A stretch of 64,000 nucleotides of DNA from a bacterium (GTDB lineage Bacteria > SAR324 > XYD2-FULL-50-16), in contig JAVVEA010000003.1 in the NCBI GenBank assembly GCA_032250835.1, forward strand, positions 153,458 through 217,457, written 5' to 3'. Below are positions 30,243-37,785 of the stretch, one piece after another. Under the pieces are notes generated by a model. That model was given only the letters and a program-made list of their open reading frames with translations. It made no database searches and was not told the DNA's origin. The position numbers were made by a program, and so were the translations under genes. Within the stretch, counting starts at the first letter, position 1, and each line of letters starts with the position of its first letter.

Positions 30243-31334
30243 TTATCGAGCCGGTTTGCGGGTGAAGCTGAGTGCCTCTTTGGGGCAAATATCAATGCAG
30301 CCGCCGCAGCCGATGCACAGGGTTTGTTGCAATCCAAAGCTCCCCAAAGTGGCTTGTTTGTCTTGATGTGCAAAGGAGGCTACGTCGATGCCCATAGGGC
30401 AAGCTTGAGAGCAAAGGTTGAGGCCTGTGCATTGGGCATTAGCCTGGACCTGAAATTTCGAGCCAACGTAGCGCCCGAAAAACTCCATCCCCTTGGCCAA
30501 AGGGCACCCGAACCGGCACCAGACCCTGGTCCCCAAGAAGGGATAGGCCCCAACGCCCACCAGTGCCCCGAAAATAAAGTCCACGGCAATATCTTGGTAT
30601 AGCTTTCCTGCCAGCAGCCAGCTATCTGCGGTGAATAACTTTAAGAAGTCAAAGAATAACAAGAAACCATAGGCCAAGCCCAAGCATAACAAGAGGGTTT
30701 GCAGGTGCTCTAGCTTTTTGGCCTGGGTGCCGCTCGGCGTTTGGAATTTAACCCATTGTTTGCCCCAGGCAGTGATTCCAATGGTTTCGGCTAGGTTACC
30801 ACAGGAACAAAACCAAGAGCAATAACGCTTCCCAAAAAACCAGACCGATAGGGGCACTAATCCAAATACATAAAACATTCCGCCCCAGGAGGTGAAGGCT
30901 TTAGATACATACACATAGGCCACCAGGTTGGTCGGGGTGACGGGGTCATACCCAAGGTTTTGGCCGCTTGATAACGGCACTAGTACAAAGGGGATCAAAT
31001 AGAAAAAAACGAGTTGTGACCAGAAGATGCTAGAAAACTTGGCTTTTTGATATTTCGATAACGTTGTTTTGCTCCCGCGCCGGTAGGGCGAGCGCCCCAG
31101 GAGGACAACTTTTGCCGCAATCCAACAAACCAAGACGGTGTAGACTGAGGCATACCAAAAGGCCGGGTGTTTATCGAAGAGGTAAAAGCTCCGTACGTCA
31201 TCTGCCCAGCCCCAAGCCACAAACCACTCGTGGCATTTGTAGATAGCGTAACCCACCAACACCAAAGGGGGGTAATAGATCAAAAAGGCCTTTTCAGCGA
31301 TGGAACGCTGCAACTTGCCCTTAGCATAACTCAT
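30243..31334 (-). CDS. Membrane 4Fe-4S binding protein (NapH/MauN-like)
   Basis: multiple TMs, YCSWFCSCG, WCRFGCP, CIGCGGCIDICP. Confidence 0.82.
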   Translation of the reverse strand: MSYAKGKLQRSIAEKAFLIYYPPLVLVGYAIYKCHEWFVAWGWADDVRSFYLFDKHPAFWYASVYTVLVCWIAAKVVLLGRSPYRRGSKTTLSKYQKAKFSSIFWSQLVFFYLIPFVLVPLSSGQNLGYDPVTPTNLVAYVYVSKAFTSWGGMFYVFGLVPLSVWFFGKRYCSWFCSCGNLAETIGITAWGKQWVKFQTPSGTQAKKLEHLQTLLLCLGLAYGFLLFFDFLKLFTADSWLLAGKLYQDIAVDFIFGALVGVGAYPFLGTRVWCRFGCPLAKGMEFFGRYVGSKFQVQANAQCTGLNLCSQACPMGIDVASFAHQDKQATLGSFGLQQTLCIGCGGCIDICPKEALSFTRKPAR

Positions 31335-31389
31335 GGCTGCTCTCTTTAGGTAAAAAGTTGGCCAACGGGCGTAACCGTTGGCTGTTTGG

Positions 31390-32160
31390 TTAGGGCTTTT
31401 GGTTTAACGACCAGTCATAGTCAAAATAATGGATATCTACCGCACCGGAGATTAGGTGTTTGCGTTCCGCATCGTTATGTCCCAACGAATCGGCCACATA
31501 GGCCGCTACCGAACCAGCGGACTGCTCAAAATCTTGGGCAAACCAGTCGAATATCTTAGACAGGTATAAGCGGTCTTGAAGGGGGTCGTACCGATTGCGG
31601 CTAACATCTCCTAGGAACTTGCGTTTTGCCGCCTCTAGTTGCTGCTCCAAGTGGGTTGCTTGGTAGGGCTCCTTGGATAGAGCGGGGCAACCCACCGAAG
31701 CGCAGACAATGGCAAAATGGATGCGTGGTTCTGAGTATCGGGCGCGAAGCCACTGGTGTTCGATCGCACCTAAGGTTTTAATTTCTCCTAACAAAAGGAA
31801 CCGCTCTTGCTCCCAAGGGCTGGAAAACCATCCGCCCAGGTCGCGGATGGACGCAACCTCGGGATAATCCGAAAGGATCAGTTGCAACGTATAAGCGTTG
31901 TAGGCATTGATCAAAAAGGCTAGTTGCTGGGGCCGGGACCATTGCTTAAATTCGTTGGCTGGTACTTGTTCCAGTTGACTTAGGTATTCCTCTAACGGCC
32001 CTGAATGGTCTTGGAGCCAACCATAATCTACTTGGGTAGACGCACCGGCGGGGACTACTGCCGTTTCCAACAGCCGCGCCAAGGCCCGGTGTTGGTGGTC
32101 AAAGGCGTATAAACTAGGGGTAGTAAGCATAAAGAGACAGAGTATCAGCCAAGGTCTCAA
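31390..32160 (-). CDS. Secreted DUF547 protein
   Basis: LAFLINAYNA, PRIHFAIVCASVGCP, LSKIFDWF, YDWSLN; TTG start overlapping arsS stop, RBS AGGAG. Confidence 0.88.
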   Translation of the reverse strand: MRPWLILCLFMLTTPSLYAFDHQHRALARLLETAVVPAGASTQVDYGWLQDHSGPLEEYLSQLEQVPANEFKQWSRPQQLAFLINAYNAYTLQLILSDYPEVASIRDLGGWFSSPWEQERFLLLGEIKTLGAIEHQWLRARYSEPRIHFAIVCASVGCPALSKEPYQATHLEQQLEAAKRKFLGDVSRNRYDPLQDRLYLSKIFDWFAQDFEQSAGSVAAYVADSLGHNDAERKHLISGAVDIHYFDYDWSLNQKP

Positions 32161-33137
32161 TGGGTCTCCTGCTGCTCTAACGCACCGTTGCACGAGCTAC
32201 CCGCCCCAGCGGTGCAGCCGAAACAATGTTCCCCAACGGCAATCTTTTGGTTGGCGAAATCCAAATGGGACCGTTCGAAAATGTCCGCTTTAAAGGGACC
32301 AAACCCTAGGGCTTGATTGAAGTCACAATCAAAGAGCTTCCCCTGGTAGTCCACCGAAACCAAGTTACGGCACATCACCCTTTGGGCGGCCTGTTCGTTG
32401 AAATTCGCCTGAAGTAATTGCTGGTAGGCTTCCCATTGCCCTGATCGCTTGAGTTCCCCCGCAAATCGGCGGATAGGCATGTTGGCGATGCTGTAAAGCT
32501 GGTTGAATTCAATTCCATAGTCCTCTCGCAACCGCGACCGATAGGTGGCTTCCAAAGCCCGCTGGTCACCGGGCAGGAAGGCCCCGTTTGGGTTGTATAC
32601 CAAGTCTAGACCCAGGGGCCCTTGGCCGTAACCCACCTGATTCAGCCGTTGTAACCCTTGGATACTCCGACTAAAAACCCCATCCCCCCTTTGCTGGTCC
32701 ACGTTCGCCCCGCTATAACAGGGCAAGGAGGCAATGATTTGAACTCGATTTGAAGCCAACCACTCTGCGGTGTCCTCTTGGCCGGGCTCAAACAACACCG
32801 TAAGGTTGCAACGGTTGGTAACCTGAACCTCTAGTTGGGTTAAAGCCTGAACAAAGCAGCGGAACTGGGGGTTTAGCTCGGGAGCACCGCCGGTCAGGTC
32901 AACCTGAGTGATGCTCGGCGTGGCTTCAACCAACTCAAGTACCCGTTGCATGGGGATCCAGTCCATCAATTCGCGGCGGGTGGGTCCGGCGGCTTGGTGG
33001 CAATGGTGGCAGGCTTGATTGCAAAGACTGCCGAGATTGACTTGCAGGATTTGGGTCGTACCACGTCGACAGTCGAGGGATGCCGAGGCGAGGCGTTGGT
33101 GGAAGGAAGGGGACTGAAATTGGGTGGATTGGTTCAT
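32157..33137 (-). CDS. arsS: Arsenosugar biosynthesis radical SAM protein
   Basis: LQVNLGSLCNQACHHCH, DLTGGAPELNP, QRGDGVF, DCDFNQ, HCFGCTAGAGSSC. Confidence 0.88.
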   Translation of the reverse strand: MNQSTQFQSPSFHQRLASASLDCRRGTTQILQVNLGSLCNQACHHCHQAAGPTRRELMDWIPMQRVLELVEATPSITQVDLTGGAPELNPQFRCFVQALTQLEVQVTNRCNLTVLFEPGQEDTAEWLASNRVQIIASLPCYSGANVDQQRGDGVFSRSIQGLQRLNQVGYGQGPLGLDLVYNPNGAFLPGDQRALEATYRSRLREDYGIEFNQLYSIANMPIRRFAGELKRSGQWEAYQQLLQANFNEQAAQRVMCRNLVSVDYQGKLFDCDFNQALGFGPFKADIFERSHLDFANQKIAVGEHCFGCTAGAGSSCNGALEQQETH

Positions 33138-33181
33138 TGGAGGCTCATGAAGCTCGTTAAAAAGCGGCTGTATGAAACCAA

Positions 33182-33207
33182 TTCGCCCCAACCACTCAAA
33201 AAGTTAC
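33182..33207 (-). promoter_or_regulatory. ECF (SigF/ECF16-type) promoter, arsS operon
   Basis: minus strand GTAACT-N16-CGAA, ~45 nt before arsS ATG. Confidence 0.8.
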
Positions 33208-33218
33208 AAAAAATAGTC

Positions 33219-33857
33219 TCACCATTTTAAGATTTTAGGCCCCAGGAAAAACCCCCCTAAAGTGAACATTATGGTGGGGATCAGGTGCCATGCGGTTTGG
33301 TGGTATAGGTTGTCGTTAGACTCTAACAGCATCAGGGCAAAGTTACCCATCGAAGTGGCAAAAAGGACCGATAAAGCCCCCGACCAATGAGGTAACACCG
33401 GGGCCAAACGCTTCACTTGAAAGAGCATGTAGGCCCCCGGTAGCACCAAAAAGAGCATGAAGCTTTGGATGCAAAAGCGGTCCATCGGTTGCGGATAGAT
33501 CTGTTCTGGGTAGTGGAGCAGCGTATGGGCCAACTGGAATAATAAGCTGCTTACCCAGATCGTTAGGGGTAGGAAGCCGAGGGACGGTAGCCATCTTGGC
33601 AGGTCCATCCTGGGGATCGCCAAATAACAAGCGAGCGCGGCGCTGACCAACGCCGAACCGCCCAACAGGGCCAAGTGGGTGATGAAAAGTGGTTCCAGTG
33701 CTTGATCCGCCAAATCACTGCGCAAACCATAGTACCAACTAACCGCCAAAAAGAAGAACAAGCTGGCCCCTACGCCCATTAGTGAGGCCATCCAAGGCGA
33801 CCTCACCGCTTGGCAATCCTGGCGGCTTAGGCTGTCGATCAATTGTTGGTTATTCAT
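33219..33857 (-). CDS. nrsF: NrsF/DUF1109-family membrane anti-sigma factor
   Basis: overlaps ECF sigma stop; LIDSLS N-terminus, GLRSDL, ~6 TMs, WH motif. Confidence 0.75.
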   Translation of the reverse strand: MNNQQLIDSLSRQDCQAVRSPWMASLMGVGASLFFFLAVSWYYGLRSDLADQALEPLFITHLALLGGSALVSAALACYLAIPRMDLPRWLPSLGFLPLTIWVSSLLFQLAHTLLHYPEQIYPQPMDRFCIQSFMLFLVLPGAYMLFQVKRLAPVLPHWSGALSVLFATSMGNFALMLLESNDNLYHQTAWHLIPTIMFTLGGFFLGPKILKW

Positions 33858-34404
33858 CCGCAGGGCTGAGTTGCTCGGTGATTTTTTTCAGACATCGGTG
33901 CAGGGCTACCTTCACGGCGGATTCGCTCATGCCCATCTTTTGGGACGTCTCCCGGATAGAGTAGCCTTCAATTTTGCACAACTGAACCAGTTGGCGTTGC
34001 TGGCTGGGGAGTTTTTCCAGAATATCGGACAGTTGTTCGCGCTGCAACTGGTAAAAGGTTACATCCTGCGTCTCTTTTTCGAGGGTGAGGTGGTCTAAAA
34101 AGGTCTTTTCCAGCTCCAACCGGCGGTAGGCTCCACGGAAGTGGTCTTTCAAACGATAGTTGGCGATAGCAAACATCCAGGGCTTAAAGGGGCGGTTTGC
34201 TTGGTAGGTATGGCGGGCTTTATGGATGGAAATCAGGCATTCTTGGATCAGGTCGTTTAAACCTTCGGAATCACTGACCTTACTCCGCATCAATGCATGG
34301 AGTAACCGCTCGCACTGCCGCAAGACTTCGGCGTAAGCCAATTCGTCTCCGGCCTGCGCTTGCGCCATGAGGGTTTCCAGGGGGATCGTGGGTGTTGGGC
34401 TCAT
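33850..34404 (-). CDS. ECF sigma factor (SigF/ECF16-like)
   Basis: DLIQECLISIHKARHTY...PFKPWMFAIA, SESAVKVALHR. Confidence 0.9.
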   Translation of the reverse strand: MSPTPTIPLETLMAQAQAGDELAYAEVLRQCERLLHALMRSKVSDSEGLNDLIQECLISIHKARHTYQANRPFKPWMFAIANYRLKDHFRGAYRRLELEKTFLDHLTLEKETQDVTFYQLQREQLSDILEKLPSQQRQLVQLCKIEGYSIRETSQKMGMSESAVKVALHRCLKKITEQLSPADE

Positions 34405-34645
34405 CGTCGACCACCTTCAAGGTCCAATCGTCAGTTCATCCAAAGCCCTCCTCAACCTGGTGGCTTTTTGGTGTATAAGCTTTAGTCGCGAAAGGTTGCC
34501 TTCAAGACGAGCGGTTTGCACCCTGGGCGTCATCGGGGCCAGCAGGCTAGTCCGTTCTCTTGGGGGCGGAGGCCTACTTTTACGCGTTGAGCACCCAATC
34601 AAGTTGGATTTGCCTACCAACCGGGGGGAAAAAGAAGGCTTGGTT

Positions 34646-34671
34646 GTAACCTTTCGCGTTGAGCAACCGAA
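34646..34671 (+). promoter_or_regulatory. ECF (SigF/ECF16-type) promoter facing tetR-peroxiredoxin genes
   Basis: GTAACC-N16-CGAA. Confidence 0.65.
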
Positions 34672-34743
34672 CAACTGGGGCAAGAGTTTCCAAAAGGAGC
34701 GCCCAAGACTAATCCCAGTCTCTGCTGCTAGTTTTATTCCTCG

Positions 34744-34772
34744 TTGACTTTATAGACGACTGGTCGTATTGT
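34744..34772 (+). promoter_or_regulatory. Sigma70 promoter overlapped by TetR operator 1
   Basis: TTGACT-N17-TATTGT; operator TAGACGACTGGTCGTA 34753-34768. Confidence 0.7.
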
Positions 34773-34800
34773 CAAACTATAACTGATAAGAGAGGGGTAG

Positions 34801-35394
34801 ATGAAACGCAGCATCAAACGTGAAGAAACCGAAGGCCGCCTGCTTGAGGTGGGCTTGTCTTTGTTTATCCAGCAGGGGTATCACGGTACGGGTCTTAAAG
34901 AAGTGGTGGATCAGGCCCAGATGCCCAAAGGCTCTTTTTACGCTTATTTTGACAGCAAAGAAGCCTTTGGTGGGTCGGTGGTAAACCACTTCGCCCAACA
35001 GGGGCTGGCCCGACTGGCGGTTTCCTTGGAGCAAGCTCCAGATCCGCTTTTGGGCCTGAGGGCTTTTTTTCAGGCCAACCGGGATAAGATGGAGTCCAGG
35101 GGATTTGCTGGGGGGTGTCTTTTGGGGAATTTTTCTAACGAGTTGGGCGCGCAGGCCCATGAGATCACACCGCATTTATTGCAAGGCTTGGGTAATTTAT
35201 CCTTGCACTTTGCGGAGGCTTTGGAAAAGGCCCAAGAGCTGGGGCTGGTCCGGCAAGATTTGGACGCATCCACGCTGGGCGACCTATTGCTCAACGGATG
35301 GGAAGGGGCGCTGATGAGGGCTAAAACCCAAGTTTCCCCTGAACCGCTGGATCAATTTTTGACCAGCTTTTTTGACCACCTCCTAAAACCGTAA
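34801..35394 (+). CDS. TetR-family repressor (NemR-like)
   Basis: GYHGTGLKEVV...KGSFYAYFDSKE HTH; GCLLGN. Confidence 0.9.
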   Translation: MKRSIKREETEGRLLEVGLSLFIQQGYHGTGLKEVVDQAQMPKGSFYAYFDSKEAFGGSVVNHFAQQGLARLAVSLEQAPDPLLGLRAFFQANRDKMESRGFAGGCLLGNFSNELGAQAHEITPHLLQGLGNLSLHFAEALEKAQELGLVRQDLDASTLGDLLLNGWEGALMRAKTQVSPEPLDQFLTSFFDHLLKP

Positions 35395-35426
35395 CGGGCG
35401 GTTCCTGCATGGTTGCGGGGTGGTTT

Positions 35427-35455
35427 TTGTAAATAGACGACCGGTCATATATAAA
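35427..35455 (+). promoter_or_regulatory. Sigma70 promoter overlapped by TetR operator 2
   Basis: TTGTAA-N17-TATAAA; operator TAGACGACCGGTCATA 35434-35449. Confidence 0.7.
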
Positions 35456-35464
35456 GGAGATCCC

Positions 35465-36121
35465 TTGAACCAGATGTTTGCTTTAAAAAACTCACTAAAG
35501 GCTTTAGAAGACCAATTCAATGAAAAGATGCCCGCTGAAACGAGGCAGCTGCTAGAGCAAAAGCGGCGAGAGTTGGCTGCTTTGGAGATAGAAAAGGCGG
35601 TGCCCGCGTTGGGTGAATTGGCCCCTGATTTTACGCTCAAGAACTTTGACGGGCAGAAGGTCCAGCTTTCTGATTGGTTGGAGAAAGGTCCGGTCGTACT
35701 GAGTTTCTACCGGGGGGCTTGGTGTCCCTACTGTAACCTTGAGATCAAGGCCTTAGGCGATTCTCTTGAAGCCTTTCAGGCCGCAGGGGCCAGCCTTCTG
35801 GTGGTCTCGCCTCAGCGAGCGGAGTTTTCTTCTCGCCAAGTGGAACAGGGGCAGTTGAAATTTCCGGTCTTAGAAGACCCAGGGAATCAACTAGCCGCTA
35901 GGTATGGCTTGGTCTTCACCTTAGACCCCAGCTTGCGGCCCTTGTACGAGCAACTGGGCATCGACATCCCGGCCTACAACGGGGACACAAGCTTTCAACT
36001 GCCCTTCCCTGCTACCTTCGTGGTCGACCGACCGGGAAAAGTCAGGTTTCGATTCGTCGATTCGGACTACCGCAAACGCGCGGAGCCCCAAGAAATTTTA
36101 GATGTGCTCAACTACCTATAA
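35465..36121 (+). CDS. Peroxiredoxin-like AhpC/TSA protein
   Basis: FYRGAWCPYCNLE; RBS AAGGAGA before TTG 35465. Confidence 0.88.
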   Translation: MNQMFALKNSLKALEDQFNEKMPAETRQLLEQKRRELAALEIEKAVPALGELAPDFTLKNFDGQKVQLSDWLEKGPVVLSFYRGAWCPYCNLEIKALGDSLEAFQAAGASLLVVSPQRAEFSSRQVEQGQLKFPVLEDPGNQLAARYGLVFTLDPSLRPLYEQLGIDIPAYNGDTSFQLPFPATFVVDRPGKVRFRFVDSDYRKRAEPQEILDVLNYL

Positions 36122-36130
36122 GAGGAATTC

Positions 36131-36670
36131 ATGCGGCTACAACCTGGTGACTATGCTCCCCCAATCGACCTTCCCAGTTTTGAAGGAACTCCCTTCAACC
36201 TACAGGCCAACCGGGGACGTTGGCTCTTATTATCCTTTTATCGTTACGCTTCCTGCCCTTTTTGTAACCTGCGCATCCATAACTTAAGCAAGGAAAGCGC
36301 AAGGCTGAAGGGATTGGGTTTAGATCTCGTCGCTGTGTTCCAGTCTCCTGAAGCCAAGGTCCGCGAACATGCGGGTGGCCGCAACCTAACCTATCCCATA
36401 TTATGTGATCCAACCGAGGATTTGTACCGGCAATATGGCGTAGAGACGTCCTGGGCTGGGTTTTTCGGCGGTATGATGCTCAAGATGCCCAAGATGTTTA
36501 ATGCATTCTTTAAGGGCTATCTGCCAGGGAGTATGGAGGGGCATATCAACCGAATGCCCGCTGACTTTTTGATTGCGCCCGATGGAACCATCAGACTTGC
36601 CTACTATGGCTCCGACCTCGCGGACCATCTGTCCCTAAATGAGGTCATCCAAGTCCTTCCGCAAGGGTGA
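36131..36670 (+). CDS. Redoxin/AhpC-TSA family protein
   Basis: FYRYASCPFCNL, MPADFLI. Confidence 0.85.
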   Translation: MRLQPGDYAPPIDLPSFEGTPFNLQANRGRWLLLSFYRYASCPFCNLRIHNLSKESARLKGLGLDLVAVFQSPEAKVREHAGGRNLTYPILCDPTEDLYRQYGVETSWAGFFGGMMLKMPKMFNAFFKGYLPGSMEGHINRMPADFLIAPDGTIRLAYYGSDLADHLSLNEVIQVLPQG

Positions 36671-36820
36671 TCCAACGCCTCTAGGAGGACCGCCTAGGCA
36701 AGGCTTATCAACCATCCCGCCAAGCAACCTGCTGGTGTCCCACTGGTCTAAGAGTCAACTTTAGGGGAAGGGTAAGCCGGGAGGGGCTCGGCTTATCCTC
36801 TTTAAAGGGGCTTTGGGGGG

Positions 36821-37777
36821 TTAAGCCTTAGGGAAGTGCTGCTTGGTGAAGGGCTTGGGGATCTTTTTGAGGCGCTCTTGGACCTCTTCGATGCGGCCCT
36901 GTAGCTTGATGGCCTGATGGCCCAGCGAGGTGCCCGGTTCGCCCGAAAGTAGGGGGCGGCCGTTCAGGTAAAGGGCAAGCCCCTGTTTCAGCTCGCTACT
37001 CAGCGGCAAAACGGCACCGGTGTCCATAGATTCCACCAAATCTTCGCGGCTCAGGTAGAGCCCGCCGATCACGGCCTTGGCCTCGTATTTGGCTTCTTTT
37101 TCGATCAAGCGCCGCAGGCTGGTTAAGTCCGGTTGCGGGTGGCCTGCCTCGCCGGTTAATAGGGCTTGGCGGCTGTAGTTTTTTAAGATCGGGTCTAGCT
37201 GGTAGGCGGAAAAACAAAATTCCATAGCGCTGGTAAAGCCCCGGTAATGAACCTGAATCCGGGCCTTTAGGCAGGCCTCGTCAGGGTTCATGATCTTCGC
37301 TTTGATCCGGTGGCTAACCAACTTGTCTACCTTGTGCCCACAGGGCAACAGGCGCGACCAGCTACCGGCGAAGAGGTGTAAGGCCTGATCGACCACGTCT
37401 TCTAAAAGCGGGTAGTTTTGCAGGTCCACCTTAAATTCGCGGGGCACCTTGGCGCGTCCGTCGCGAACCAAGGATTCGCGCTCTAAAAAGAGGTTGGCTA
37501 AGGAGTTGTCCAAAATCAACAAGGAATCGCCTTGTAGGGCGCTCAGCTCGAACACAAAGATCGGTGTCGGTTGGGCAATGCTTTCTAGGTAGTCCGAAAA
37601 CTTCCCGGCCGGTTCGATGTGGAAATCAAAGCGGCAAGAGATGTTGAACTGATCGAAGAAAAAGGACTCCAACTGGCAGAGATAGTTTTTTAAGACCACC
37701 TCTAGGGGCGTAAAGTAACTAGAAGTTACCTGTTCGCCTCGGGTCAGGTCATAGTTTTTTGCCACTACCGGTTTCAT
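36821..37777 (-). CDS. FliM-like flagellar switch protein
   Basis: YDL N-terminus, FSDYLESI..PT middle domain, degenerate SpoA-like C-terminus; downstream of FliN-like gene. Confidence 0.65.
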   Translation of the reverse strand: MKPVVAKNYDLTRGEQVTSSYFTPLEVVLKNYLCQLESFFFDQFNISCRFDFHIEPAGKFSDYLESIAQPTPIFVFELSALQGDSLLILDNSLANLFLERESLVRDGRAKVPREFKVDLQNYPLLEDVVDQALHLFAGSWSRLLPCGHKVDKLVSHRIKAKIMNPDEACLKARIQVHYRGFTSAMEFCFSAYQLDPILKNYSRQALLTGEAGHPQPDLTSLRRLIEKEAKYEAKAVIGGLYLSREDLVESMDTGAVLPLSSELKQGLALYLNGRPLLSGEPGTSLGHQAIKLQGRIEEVQERLKKIPKPFTKQHFPKA

Positions 37778-37785
37778 TGGGTCTC

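Noticed and set aside
31361-31392. GTAACC as a fourth ECF promoter
   Set aside because: No CGAA at N16 and wrong orientation; it is the loop of a GCCAACGG/CCGTTGGC hairpin.
32157-32230. Selenocysteine in the ArsS C-terminal motif
   Set aside because: The motif reads GSSC with a Cys codon; no in-frame TGA needing recoding.
34417-34683. 88-aa ORF with repeated GCSTRK upstream of the ECF sigma
   Set aside because: The repeat reflects the duplicated CGCGTTGAGCA promoter-region DNA; TTG start, no supporting motif.
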